Source of the DNA: Octopus vulgaris
Taxonomy: Eukaryota
Length of the DNA: 64,000 nt
NCBI GenBank assembly: GCA_951406725.2
Contig: OX597827.1
Location: 29,698,001 to 29,762,000 of the forward strand
Direction of reading: 5' to 3'
The notes under the pieces are model-generated. The model made no database searches, had not been told where the DNA came from, and worked only from the letters and a program-made list of their open reading frames with translations. The position numbers were made by a program, and so were the translations under genes. This document shows, one piece after another, positions 25,509 through 39,339 of the stretch; within the stretch, counting starts at the first letter, position 1, and every line of letters starts with the position of its first letter.

Positions 25509-28500
25509 CTATAAGGCCCCGCAGCTTTCCTTTCCTCTTCTACATCCATAGTTAAACTGGGTTTCTGACACCCACCTTTTTCGCCACTTCCTTCCATCTT
25601 TTTTCATACACACCTCGTGGTAAGGTCTCCTTTCCAGCCCCATTTTGCTCTTCAGATGATATCGGAAGTAAGTGAGCAAGCCGGGGCCCGAGACAAAGGA
25701 TCCTATTGCGACTCCTTCCATTCTTGTACGCCACATGCATTCTTTTACTACTGCAACCGTGCAGTGAAAACATGCCTCACCTTCCTTCGAGAGTCCAGTT
25801 GGCGGTATCATCTTAATCATAGACTCATAGACTCGTCCCAGATGCGATAACACGTGTTCTGCGTAACTTATCAAGTCTGACAACTGCCGACAGTGTACAA
25901 AAGCGTGCTGGACGGTTTCATCGTCCAACCCGCATCTTGGACATGTCGGTGGCACTGAAATTCCGTGCCGCGATAACTTCTCGCGAACAGGTAAAGCATT
26001 CCTATAACACTGCCAGGCCAGGGATCTTTGGAAATTATCCAAATACCCCGTCCTGAAAGTCTTTTTAAACAGGTTGGTAAGCTGGTCTTCGTCGAACCCC
26101 AGAGCCCCTCCTAGGACGTCGTCGTTCTTTGCCTCTACCAGCCTGCTATAAAATACCGAGGTGGTATTTCCGCAGCCGGCCTTGCCCGCCTTGTGGATCA
26201 GCGTGAGTGCCTGTCGACACTCCTTTTGCCATAAAGTCAGATTCCGTCTTTTGAGGTAACCGGGTTTAAAATTCACCAAGGAAGCCGGTCTCAGGAAAAA
26301 TTCCCCTGCCAGCGGACTCCACACCTTATCACCTTCCAGGTGGTGCCAGAGATGCTTCAGCCTCAGCGCATGTCTGCGCATCATCAACCAAGGCATTCCT
26401 AACCCACCCTTTAACGGTTCCTGGCAGCAAACGGAGCGCCTCACAAGTGGCTTTCCTCCCTTCCACAAAAAGCAGAAAAGGATTCGCTCCAACTTGCTAA
26501 GCCATGAATCGGGGCAAGGGACAACGGTCAGGCGGTAAGTGATTACAGATGCAATAAACATCTGTACCACCTCCGCCCTTCCTTTTAAGGACAGAAACCT
26601 TCCGGACCAGGTCCGTACTATGGCCTCCACCTTGCCCGTCACCTCACTCCAATTCCTCTCCGTTTGGGAGTCTGGCCCAAACCAAACTCCTAGCAACTTA
26701 ACAGGACCATCTGTCCAGTGTCCCACGGCACTGGACGAAATCGACTTGCTCCTCCAGGTGCCGAGGCGCAAGCCAATCGACTTGTCCTTGTTAACTTTTG
26801 CTCCTGCCACCGCCTCGTATCCTCTGATAGCATCTTCTACACAAGGTAGCTGAGCCTCATTGGACACGATGAGGGTGACGTCATCCGCATAAGCAGAAAC
26901 CGTCCTCCTGCCTCCGATCTCATCCGGGTTACTTCCCAGCCTCTCCAACTTTCGCAGCAATGGCTCGAGAGCCAACACGTACAAAAGTGGTGACAAGGGG
27001 CACCCTTGACGAACTGAACATTCGATCGAAAACGGTTCCGTTAGGTAACCGTTTATCTGGACGGTGGACTTGATGCGGCTATACATTGCGGAGATCCACC
27101 CGCGAAATTCAGGGCCCAGTCCAGCCGCTTCGAGGACCGTCGCCAGGTACTTATGGTCTACCCTATCGAACGCTTTACTTTGGTCTAAATGGACCATTAC
27201 CCCGCCCTTGCCGGTTAATTTACCCACCCTATCTAAGGTGTAGCGTATAAAGTGAAGATTGTCCTGGATCGACCTGTCTGGAATTGCACATGTCTGTGCT
27301 TTCCCTACAAGTTTCTCCACGACAGTCGTCAACCTTTTTGCCAACACCTTGGCCAAAATCTTTAACTCTACATTAAGTAGACTTATGGGCCTGTAATTAC
27401 TAATGTTATCCCCCTTGCTCGGGTCTTTCTGGATTAGCGTCACCACTCCCCGGCTTACAGAACTGGGAATTCTCCCGTTCTGCTGCCAGTTCGCGTAGAC
27501 GCCTGCCAGTATTCCCCCGAACAAGTCCGGCATACTTTGATAAAACTCGTAGGGCAGACCATCCAGCCCCGGCGACTTCTCCCCGGCGCATCCGGCCAGT
27601 ACCCCCTCTATCTCCGCGGGAGTGATCGCTCCTTCACAGCACTCCACCTCACGCCCCGAGAGCCGCGGTCCGCCGGCTAGGAAGTCCTTTAAGGCCCTCC
27701 CCCGCTCCAGCGAACCACCACTCCCGAACGCGCGGGCGAAATGCTGGTGAAGAAACTTTTGCATCTCCTCCTGTCCATAGATCTTGTATCCCTGTTCGTC
27801 AGTTAAAGACTTGATTGAAGCTTTGTTGCCTCTCTGACTCTCCACTCGACGGGCCCATCCAGCAACGTTAATACCTTCTCGTTTCCCTGCGCGTAGCTTA
27901 GCTCTAACTCTGCAACCTTCGTGTTTGGAGTTAAGGTGATGGTACAATACCGTCCATGCTGCCATCACTCCGGATGCAGAGCCAGATTCCATTGCCTCGT
28001 TTAGATTCTTAACTAAATCGTCCTCTATCCTAGACCTATCTAACCTTAGCTGATTGCTAAATCTAATGGACTCTGAACGAATGGCTCTTTTGAGGGAGTG
28101 CTACCATCTATTGTTAATGATGGTGCCACATAATGCCCTCTGTACTAACACCTTAATCCGAGTACGGAAGTCTTAACAATTCAAAATAGACTTGTTCAGC
28201 TTCCAGTACCCGGGTCCCTGTCTATGACATTTATCTAATTGCACCCTACAAGTCACAAATTTGTGATCCGTGTAAGGCACAATGTGAAACTGTGGACAAC
28301 TAAACGTATCCTTATCTCTTTTCCTAACGAATATCCTATCTATATACGATCTGCGTGAGCTGTCGTTGTTACACCACGTCCACTGTGGAACGCTCGGCTC
28401 ATCCAGTCGATAACGGTCTACTAGATTAAAGCTCTCTAGTAGACCCTTGAGGCTAGGGTTCCCCTTCCTATTGGTTGAGCCAACACTGTCGACCTGCGCT

Positions 28501-28931
28501 TCGAGGACAGTGTTAAAGTCCCCTACTAAGACTACCGTTTTCGACGTCACTAAAAAGTGCTCCAGATTCCGAAAAAAACCCGACTGCCTATTCTCATTCG
28601 GAGCGTAGACAGCTACCAACCTGAGGGACTGTTTACTTACGTGGGTCACATCCAGAATGACCAGCCTGCCTTCTGGGTCCAGAAAGACAGTACTTACCTG
28701 CAAGTCCAAGCTCTTCCTGATAAAGACTGCCACGCCCCTTCCTCCTCCTCGGCTAGGAGAAATAAATTTCTCGAAACCATTAAGAAGAGGCGAGAACGCT
28801 TGGGCCCCGTTCATCTTGGACTCGATTACAATAGCTACGTCCACTCCGTGTGTCGTGAGGTCGTTCAGGAGACAAATTTGTTTCGATTTCGACCCCATTC
28901 CACGCACATTCACACAACCCAGCTTTGCCAT
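25509..28931 (-). pseudogene. Tx1/L1 ORF2 (AP endonuclease, reverse transcriptase, zinc finger) with in-frame stops near 28173 and 28102
   Basis: GCVNVRG, VGDFN, YIDRIF, YTDH, GYWKLN; KSPGLDG, NYRPISLLN, DQSKAFDRV, VRQGCPLSP, AYADD; CPRC..HAFVHC. Both ORF segments are in the same frame. Confidence 0.93.
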
Positions 28932-29006
28932 TGTCGGAGAGAGAGAGAAAAAATAAACTTACGGTTGGGACAGGGAGCATGACAGTTTAAATCTGCATGC
29001 TTCCCC

Positions 29007-30395
29007 TTATTCCTCCCTTGTGGTCGTAGCTGCAGGGCTCTTAACCGGCGTTGCCATCGGGCTCTGGGTAGGTGTGGTTGCCGGGGTTATAGTAAGTTTA
29101 CCCTCCAGTATTTCGTTAGTAACGTCTCTGATAAGGTTATTTTTAAAATGTTCTTGGAGTGTTTTTTCCTTCCACTCGTCTTCCTTTATTTTTGCAAAAC
29201 GAGTGGTCGACTTAGTGTCTGCAGACTTACTGAATAATTTCAGTTTTGAAAATTTAAAATACTTGAACACTCTATCATTTTTCTCGTCGAATGCTACAAC
29301 CCTTTCATTTTTTTTAATCAATTTTTTCAATCTTGTTTTATGGGGAGGGGCTTGGCGAACTGTGTTCCAATGAATACAGTGCCGTGGGGGTAGGGCTGCG
29401 GAATTTGTTTTGTATGTATCTCTGCGGTGTTTGCTGATTTTTTCTTTGTTTGGGGAGGGGAGTCCAGGGTATTTTCTTTTTTTCTTTTGTGTGTCACCTG
29501 TGTAAATTCCATTTGTTCATTTTTATCTTCCGTTTCGATTCCCTTCCTTGTCACAGTCTTGGGGTCTTTTTCCGCCTTTTCTTTTTCTGTGTTTGAAGCA
29601 CTTTGAGGAGGGGCTTCGCTGTTTTTCTTTTTTTTTAATGCAGTTCGAGCGGACGTGACCCTTTTCACCACATTTGAAACACCTAGGTCTGCGCCCCTCC
29701 ACTGACACTCTCATTGTAATTCCCTCCTCAATAAATACCCTATCGGGTAAGTTTTCTAGCACATTATTTTCTGCTTGAACGAGGAGTTCGAGCGCTTGTC
29801 CCTTCCAGTTTACCTCCTCTTTCCTTTTCATCTGCAGAATTGAGACTTTCTGCTCTACGTCGTGCAGAACCGCCGCTGCTACCCACATTATATCATATCC
29901 TCTTGGAATGTCTTCCACATATAGTTTCGCAGTTCTTTTTCCCATATATGTAGGTAGTAACATGATGTCCTCACTTTTTAAGGTCATCGATGAAATCTCT
30001 CTTGCCACATCAGCCGAGTCGAAATGTGCTTCAACGGTAGCGCTGCGGGCACCTCGACCGACGTAGCGAATTTTGCTCCACACTGGGGACAAGCACTTCT
30101 CTACTATTTCGTTGTTCACGTCCATTATTTTTTTCTCTTTGTTACTGTAAACCTTGTATACGACTGCCTTAGCCTTTATTTCCTGTAATATCGCTTGCGG
30201 CGGTACCAGTTTAATTTCGTTGCCTTCCTTTTTTACCAAGTTCCGGTATTCGAACAACTGTTCTATTTTAAATTCTATTTCCGTTATGGTTCCGCCCACT
30301 GCGGCTGAAAAAGACTGTTTTTTAACCTCGATATCCTTCTGTTCGCCTTTTCCCATCACGGGAAAGTCGCTCCTCGACGCCAAGTCGAACTCCAT
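29007..30395 (-). pseudogene. Tx1 ORF1 (gag-like zinc knuckle), frameshifted
   Basis: EGRRPRCFKCGEKGHVRSNC; three overlapping ORF segments upstream of ORF2. Confidence 0.85.
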
Positions 30396-30836
30396 TTCTC
30401 AAATTATGAGAACCAATTTTTCAATAAAAAAAATTACCCCGAAGGTAATAACAATGTTTATACACAGAATTTTCAGCCCCGTAGGGCGAAAATTACTGTC
30501 ATACAACGGACAACTGTTCAATTCACGAGCAAACACAAACAACGACGAACAAAAAACGAACTCACTCAACAAAATAGGCAGCTAACTTCTCAAAACGCAG
30601 ATGAAAGAGGGGTCCCTAGACGAGTCAAAACACCGGTTTTCGATGAAGAGAGACCTGTTTGCAAATATCTATTTAATGTTTTCCCAGTAACCACTGTCAC
30701 TGATTTCGAAAAACTGTCTGCAAGCAATAATAAATCTCTGATAATAAATCTATATATATATACTATATAAATTAGCAAAAAACCACCCTTTATCAATTCA
30801 AGTTTGTTCAATGTAAGTTTGGAATAATATTATTAC

Positions 30837-30887
<51 letters not shown>

Positions 30888-30962
30888 ATATATATATTGG
30901 TATTGATATTATTATTGAAAAATAGGTTTACAGAAAAAGAACATGGGATATATACATACATA

Positions 30963-31075
<113 letters not shown>

Positions 31076-31631
31076 CTCTCACGTGATCACGTGACCGACC
31101 AGACCATCAGATATTGTTACACATCGCTGGTCACAATGCGTTCGCATTGTTTTAGCCTTCGAATGACGCCACCCTGCTGGCTAAGCGAGCAGGGCAATAT
31201 ATATATATATTGTGTGTGTTTGTATATATATATATATATATACATAATATACATATATGTTTACACACACACACTCTATACCAGACTTGAATATATAATT
31301 TGAAGGTTACTCACAAAGAAGGGAGTTAAAAATAACAAAATTGGAACCTTTTTTTTTGTTGTTGCTCCTGCGTTTTTGCTTTTTATTTTATTACTTTTTT
31401 TCTAGTTGGCCTTTACACTAAGCACACAGCAGCGGGGAAGAGTTCTAAATGCTTTATCCATGACACACGGTTAATTGGTCGAAGGGTGGAGGCTGATACT
31501 GTGCTACAGAATGATGCGAAGAAATAAAGTCTGGAGAAAGAATAAATAGTCAAACGGACTTTGTCGTTTCTAAATGTTACAACTATAAGTAACTATTCAC
31601 TATGAAGTATACTTTACATGTGTGTGTGCAT

Positions 31632-31689
<58 letters not shown>

Positions 31690-31692
<3 letters not shown>

Positions 31693-31973
31693 ACAACATT
31701 TTGTAAACTTCGGAAGCGTCGAATGTGTTCCGTATTTTAAAGACAAGAAGGTTATATTTCGAATGTAGTATAGCTGTGAAAACTTGACGAAGACTGTTGT
31801 CAGTGGGCCGTTTAAATTACTGGTGAAGTACTCAGCTGGGATATGAGGGGTGCGGGTTCGAATCCCGCGACTATCAGCTGACACCTTTTTTCCGTCTTAT
31901 TAGGGTAAATTATCTCATTTTTCTACTGTTTCCACGGCTATACTACGTTCGAAATATTACTTTCTTGTCTAGA

Positions 31974-31978
<5 letters not shown>
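31690..31978. mobile_element. Small fold-back element in (TA)n enclosing a tRNA-like module
   Basis: Arms agacaagaaggttatatttcgaatgtagtatagctgtgaaaac / gtttccacggctatactacgttcgaaatattactttcttgtct. Confidence 0.7.
31798..31891 (+). ncRNA. tRNA-like Pol III module (not a canonical tRNA)
   Basis: T-arm GCGGG-TTCGAAT-CCCGC; anticodon-like arm CTCA..TGAG; D-loop-like TGG; closing stem tgtcag/ctgaca; T6 terminator. Confidence 0.55.
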
Positions 31979-32004
<26 letters not shown>

Positions 32005-32084
32005 CGCCATGCTGGACCGCCGAAGTCTACAAGTTTACTTTTTTTTTTTTTTTGCATTCTCTCTCTGTTTATTTTCTCTTATTG

Positions 32085-32121
32085 CTTTCTGTTGAAGAGC
32101 GTAGGCTTGAAACGTAAAGGA
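32085..32121 (+). ncRNA. Minimal hammerhead-like motif, decayed
   Basis: cttt-CTGTTGAA-GAGC-GTAG-GCTT-GAAACGTA-aagg. Confidence 0.5.
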
Positions 32122-32452
32122 CTTTTTCATTTTCCCGAGCGTCAAACTAATACACTTGCTTGTTGTTTACACACCTGTCTTCGTCTTTTGTTTTTCTGTA
32201 AATTTCAATTATATCTATTGTACGTATGCTTTAATTCTTTTTAATCTAGATTAAACTTTGACCGGCCACCTTAGTTGGTAGTAAGGGAAAGCATTTGTTT
32301 TGTTTATCATCTTTTAAATCTTAAGAACATCTTTCAGATTATTATAGTCCCAGATAGGTAGGTAAGTAGGTAGGTAGGTAGGTAGGTAGGTAGGTAGGTG
32401 GATACTGTGCAGATATTATGTTGGGCACTATATTATATTATAAAGAATAGAA

Positions 32453-32665
32453 AGGCGGTGAGCTGACAGAATCGTTAACACACCGGGCCAAATGTTTACC
32501 GGCATTTTGTCCGTCTTTACGTTCTGAGTTCAAATTCCGCCGAATTCGACTTCGCCTATCATCCTTTTGGAATCAAAAAAATAATTATCAATAAAGGGCT
32601 GGGGTCGATGTGATCGACTTATCCACTCCCTTAGAATTGCAGGCCTTGTGCCAAAGCTTGAAACC
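32453..32665 (+). mobile_element. tRNA-derived SINE, family 2 (copies ~35170-35405 +, 56083-56575 - multimer, 61605-62035 + multimer, 62390-62882 - multimer)
   Basis: ggcggtgagctgacagaatcgtta...gagttcaaattcc followed by a conserved central block gtcgactttgcctttcatcctttcggggtcgataaa. Confidence 0.87.
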
Positions 32666-33115
32666 AGCATTGTGGAAGAGAGAAAACAATATGAGGAGCT
32701 AAGAAACACACAGCTGCGCTCATCAGGGAAGTCGAAGTTTTCAATTAATATAACATTACTGTAATGTAATATGAATAATTATGCATAAATACTCACACAC
32801 ACACACATACACACACACATACACACATACACACACACATACTGTATACATGTATGCATGTATGTACGTACATAGGTAAGTATAATTGTATATGTGTAAA
32901 TAAATGTCTGAGCATGTGCATGAATGAATGTTTGTGTGTTTGTGTGTGTGTGTGTAATAATCGTGACACAAAGATATTTCTAAACAGAATGGCCGAACGT
33001 TCAACGTCTGCTGTTAACCACCCTCCTACACGCACTTATACATGTACACACACGCATTCATACTTATACATATACGCACATACATACACACATATACTCA
33101 CACATATGTACACAC

Positions 33116-33158
<43 letters not shown>

Positions 33159-33504
33159 TACCCACACGATGTCCACGTGTTTTATCTTTATAATATTCAG
33201 CCAAAAGATTTCTCTTATCCCACGCATTTATGCGATAAATAAGGATAAGTAGCGTTACCTTTGACCTTTCATGACCATACTGACCCCATAAGTGTTGGAT
33301 GAGGTCCCCTGACTGCTTTAATATTCTTTTTTAAAAATCGGGAATAACTGCGTAGTGACGTTCATGCATTTCCATACAGTGTTTTGAGGTTATTTTGTTG
33401 AACACCAGGCCAGTCTCGGTCAGAAATGTTCCAGTTATGACCATCTCACTGTTTTATGTATTTATTCGTTTATATATTCTTGGAATAGCAATCTTCCGAT
33501 TACA

Positions 33505-34011
33505 TTAACCATTGCCTGCCATGAGCCCCATTTGGGTATCTGCTAAAAATAGTCTCACTGCCATTTGTTCGTTGTATTTAAAGTGAATTACTTATGCACA
33601 TTGCATTTGCAGAGGTGTGTTTAACAATATTTAGTAATTAAAGTTTGTCATTATTAACTCTGGCTATTTCTAGAAGACATACTATGTCATAAATCGCAAT
33701 TTCTGAACTACAAAAATATTGACTGTTTTGGAAACCTTTTTTTTTTATTTTGCATTTCCTATCTATATCATTCACTGATACACATTTGTATTTGATACTA
33801 TAATTTCAAAAAGATTTTTAAAATTTTTATTGCAACTGAATAGAAAAGGATAAATATGCTTTTCTTCAGCGATGCCCATTGGGTACTTAACGAAAACTTT
33901 TATCATAATTCACAAATGAAGAAAATTTAAATACTGTATATTATTTCAACTCTTAAGACACCTGACAAAGCCAAAGAATATCAATAAAAAAATTGTCAGT
34001 TAACGGGTTAA
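33505..34011. mobile_element. Possible piggyBac-type MITE
   Basis: TTAA-CC...GGG-TTAA ends, weak TIR similarity, AT-rich interior. Confidence 0.3.
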
Positions 34012-34189
34012 CCATTGTCTTGCGCCGCTTTTTAAAACTATAAGGTACGGTGTGAGTAAGATTTCATAGCTATTTCATATCGGTCTAGCGACTACGTAGA
34101 GGTTCCTTTCGAATTTTGAAGACATTTTAGTTGCTTACGAAGTTATAAAATGACAAGCCAAACTTTCTCCACACTATAAAAACACGTGT

Positions 34190-34465
34190 GGAGGTGCAAT
34201 GGCCCAATGGTTAGGGCAGCGGACTCGCGGTCGGAGGATCGCGGTTTCGATTCCCAGACCAGGCGTTGTGTGTGTTTATTGAGCGAAAACACCTAATGCT
34301 CCACGAGGCTCCGGAAGGGGGGGGGCGACCCCTGTTGTACTCTTTCGCCCCAACTTTCTCTCACTCTTTCTTTCTGTTTCTTGAGTAACGCTGCGATGGA
34401 CTGGGGAGAACACGTAAGCCACAGAAACCGGAAACCGGGCCCATGAGCCTGGCTAGGCTTGAAAA
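34190..34465 (+). mobile_element. tRNA-derived SINE, family 4
   Basis: A-box TGGCCCAATGG, B-box GTTTCGATTCC; sister copy at 20850-21148. Confidence 0.85.
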
Positions 34466-34542
34466 CGACGAGGAGGAGTATAATAACACGTACATCGTGT
34501 GTGTGTATGTGTATGTATGTGTGTAGTATTATACACGCGTGT

Positions 34543-34579
<37 letters not shown>

Positions 34580-36184
34580 TAGTGATTATTTTGAGAGGGT
34601 CTTGCCGCCAATAAAACACACACACCGTTTATAATTCAATTTTGTTTTTATTATCAGTTAATTAGAAAATCAGTTAATAAATAAAATAATTATTTGCCGA
34701 ACGTCTTTTTCCACAGCCTATAACCTTATCGACACCTGCCCAGTGTTCGTAACTTGGAGTTATTTAATTGATGTTTATCTAAATGTGTGCCTCAAATTTT
34801 GATGCTGTAATGAGTAATTTTTGATAGATTTGACTGCAGTTTCTAGCTGGTCAAGCAATTATTTAGCAGTCCCATCATAGTTTTGTTTCCATGAGAATTA
34901 GAGATGTAAGTGAAATGAAATGATTTTAATCATTAACTCGAACCTACTTCGTCGTTTCACATCCATTTCGATAATAATAAGTATTTTATTAAGCAATGAA
35001 AGAAATGGGGCATGCGTATTCAGCTGTTCCATCGTTTGATCTTCCACGCTCATTTAATCAGCTTGTAAATGGCCGAGCATTCCACGGACATGTGTACCCT
35101 TAACGTGGTTCCCAGGAGTTAGTGAAGACACGTGGCTTAGTAATTAGAATATACAATTCACGGTCTTAAGTCGGTGAGCTGGCAGAATCGCTAGCACACC
35201 GGGCGAAATACTTAGCAGTATTTCGTCTGCCATTACGTTCTGAATTCAAATTCCGCCGAGGTCGACTTGGCTTTTCATCCTTTTGGGGAAGATAAATTAT
35301 GTACCGGTTACGCACTGGGTTCGAAGTAATCAACTTAATCCCTTTGTCTGTCCTTGTTTCTTCCCTCTATGTTTAGCCCCTTGTGAGTAATAAAGAAATA
35401 AGAATGTACGATTCATAGTCTTAAGGTTGTGAGTTCGATTCCTAGCGACACAGTATGTTCTTGAACAAGCCTTGCTCAAGTCCCTTCAACTAGCCTAAAA
35501 TGAGTTGTACCTGTACTTCAGAGAACCAGGCTCGTCACATCCTGTCGCAGAATGAGTAGATAACTGGCAAGTGGAGGAAAAATTATCAGAGCAGACGACG
35601 GAGTTTTCTTGACAGAGCGGAGGTTTTGCAGCCGATGCAATATTACAGTCACACTATTACGCAATATTACAGTCACACGCAATATTACAGTCACACTGTA
35701 ATATTAGCAAAAAACCATGAGCGATCCAATGAAAGAGAAACGTCATTATGCTTAAGTAGACAAGTGTGATCTCGAACCACCTTACGATTCTCTGAGCCCT
35801 TGTGCAACCTGCAAGAGATAGTACCCGATTGTATCTCAAATCACAACCCTACATTTTTGAAAATGTGAAACAGATGAGAGCATTTAGCCTGGTCACAGTC
35901 GACATGCTTTTTGATTAGAACCTGCTTGATCAGGGATGACTTAGGGCTAAAAGATAGATGATTCTTTCTTTCTCCAATAGGCACAAGGTTTGAAAATATG
36001 GTTGAAGGGCGAGTCAATTTCATTGCTACAGTATTTTATTTAACGTACTTTATTTTAGCGACCTTGAAAAAAATGAAAGGCAGAGTTAACCTCGGGATAA
36101 GAATTCAGAAGGCGAAGCCGGAAAAACTGCTGTGAAACATTTTGTCCGGCGTCATAATGATTCTACGAATTTGCTGCGTTACAC

Positions 36185-36246
<62 letters not shown>

Positions 36247-36370
36247 CCAAGTTTACAGAGAAACATGATCCCTAAAAGTGTTTTAAGTGCGATGACCTTT
36301 TCTTCCATTGCTAAAGAAATCGAAAATAACAACCATTCAAAACAACAAAAACCTCTTCATACCAGACATA

Positions 36371-36446
<76 letters not shown>

Positions 36447-36977
36447 ATTTAACCATTGCTTTCCCTCTGAAATTATCAGAGTTTGCACGAGATTTAACAA
36501 AGTGGTAGAAGTGTTAGAGCGTAGAACTAAATGCTTTAGTTTTGTTATGGCTCTTCGCTCGATGAGTTCAAATCCTATCGGGGACAAATTTTCTTTCTTT
36601 TCAGAGTCGATAAAATAAAGCATCATTCAAATACTAGGGTCGGTATTATTGACCATTGCCCATGTCCTCAAAAATTTTATAGGATAAAAACCTGAGCAAC
36701 AGCAATTCGAAACAAGCTCTCCTTTTACCTTGCCAGATTTTTTTCGCATTTTATGCATTTAAAAATTTTTTTTATTTGTTTTTCACTGTCTGGAATTTTA
36801 ACTAACATATTTCCCTTATGCCTCCGTAAAACAAAGAGAAACTGAAAGTAGTTTAAGAAAACATTCTGGGAAATTATTCTTTTTGCTAAAAGTTTTGATG
36901 ACTGTTATTTCTCATCAATACATAAGCACATACATACATACATACACACACACACTTATGTGTGTGTATAGAAAGAA

Positions 36978-37043
<66 letters not shown>

Positions 37044-37532
37044 GCTATTATGTTAAACTATCGTATATCCAAATTTGGCCAAATGTGTTTTCTTTTTAAA
37101 TATTAAAAGTTTTGGTCAAAGTGTAGTACAACGGTTTTGCTATGGAATAGTGAACCTATTTGTGTGTGTGTGTGTTCGTGTCTATCTGACTGTTTTTCTG
37201 TCTGTGTTTGTTCCCCAACTATCGCTTGACAACCGATGCTGGTGTGTTTACGTCCCTAAAACTTAACGGTTCGTCAAAAGTGACCGATAGAATAAGTACT
37301 AGGCATACAAAGAATAAGTCCAGGGCTCGATTTCTTCGACTAAGGGTAGTGCTCCAGCATGGCTACAGTCAAATGGCTGAAACAAGTAAAATCAATAAAT
37401 AAATAAATAAATATATATATATATATATATACATAAATATATATATATACATATATGTGTGTGTGTATATATTATATATATACACACTCACATGTTTATA
37501 TATATATATATGCACATACATATATATATATG

Positions 37533-37600
<68 letters not shown>

Positions 37601-38764
37601 CATACACACGTACACAAACACATAAGCATACATATTCATGTGTGTGTGGCTGGGCGCGATTGAGTGCGTGTGTACTTCTCCAAATTAAGTGGCTTTTTTG
37701 CGTGAATATTCAAAAAAGGGGAAAGGCTTTCACAATGGAACAGAACTTGATCCCCACTTGATCAAATTTACGCCTTGCCCAACCTATATATTTTTTAATG
37801 TATCCTGTTATGTTGGCCTCAAACAACATATATGATCTCAATTTTCTGAGGTTGAAACCTTCATGTCATTTTGTACAATATATTTGCGGTATATTAACCA
37901 AGTGGCACTCCGTCGATTACGACAACGAGGGTTCCAGCTGATCCTGCTCATGAAATTAATGTGCAAGTGGCTGAGTACACCACATATATGCGTAACCTTA
38001 ACGTAGTTCTCAGGGAGGTTCAAGGTGGCAAAGAATGTGTCAAGTCTTGCCCTTTGAAATACATTTGCTACTCATGTTTGCCAGCTGAGTAGACTGGAGC
38101 AACGTGAAATAGAGTGTATAGCTGAAGGAATTGAACTCACGACCTTGCGATCGTGAGCCGAACACCCTAACCACTAAGCCACGTGCCTTCACGGTACATT
38201 AAGCTTTACGTAATTAAAAGAGCGTGCATTGATAGAAGCGCCGAAGCACAACGTAACATTGCTTTTACACTTCTTAGTTACGTCTCTTAGTATCATGTTT
38301 TGGGTTCGAATCCTGCTGAGATTAACTTCACTTTCTGTTTTTCTCCCTATACGAATCGATACGTCATGCAGCAAAATCTCGTCTCCCCCTTCTCTCTCGC
38401 TCTCTCATATATATACACATGTGTATGTAATTTCATATATATATATATATAGGCGCAAGAGTGGCTTGCTTCCCAACCACATGGTTCTAGGTGTAGTCCA
38501 ACTGCGCGATACCTTGGGCAAGTCTCTTGTAGTACAGCTCTGGGCCAACCCCAAACCTTGAGAGCAAACAGAAGCTGTAAGAAACCGGTCATATATACAA
38601 GGGTATGTGTGTGTGCGTGTGCCTCGCCCCTGCTTGACAACCTGTGTAGGTGTGTTTATGTCCCCATAACTTAGGGGTTCAGCAAAAGAGACAGATGGGA
38701 TAAGTGCCAGGCTTAAAATAAATTTTAAAAGGTACTGGGGTCGATTCATTTGACTAAAAATTCT

Positions 38765-39100
38765 GGGGCTCAATACATCGTCAACAAATTCCTAGTTTTT
38801 CTGTCAAGTTTCTTTATTTCGTTTCTGGTCCATTCTATTATTCCAACTCCATATCTGATTAAGGGTACTGCACTTCAATATATTGCTTCAATGAAATTTT
38901 GGGAATTCAGTTTTGACTGCAATAATTTTCCGACTTTCCTTGAGTACTCTCTACGGGTAATTTGTTTCATTTCTTTTTTTTTTTTTTTACTTGATTTGTT
39001 TCCAGTATTCCAAGTACTGATACCACTGTCCTTTCTCAACCGCTCACATTGTTTGCCCATTTGGCATTACAATTCTCTGGCTTCTTTCAAATCTTACAAG
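38765..39100 (-). mobile_element. R4/Dong-clade LINE, RT C-terminal fragment
   Basis: QYLGILE...REYSRKVGKLLQSKLNSQNFIEAI..AVPLIRYGVGIIEWTRNEIKKLDRKTRNLLTM. Confidence 0.75.
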
Positions 39101-39273
39101 GCCTTCAAGCTGTTTCTCATTTTTCGCATAAAGTTTTATATCATCCATGAAAAGGAGATGATTTATCTGAACATTTCCTTTTCCTAAATTATAAATAATT
39201 CAATTTTAACTTTTCGTAGTATCATAGTCAATGGTGTCAGACAGTACGAATAGCAATGGAAATAAGCTATCAC

Positions 39274-39338
<65 letters not shown>

Positions 39339-39339
<1 letters not shown>

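Larger units (their letters stand above)
25301..30631 (-). mobile_element. Full-length Tx1/L1-clade non-LTR retrotransposon with 16-bp TSD
   Basis: ORF1 zinc knuckle; ORF2 APE-RT-CCHC; TSD accggttttcg(g/a)tgaa at 25285-25300 and 30632-30647; AATAAA at the 3' end. Confidence 0.93.

Noticed and set aside
35636-35705. gcaatattacagtcacac x3
   Set aside because: Simple short tandem duplication with no further structure.
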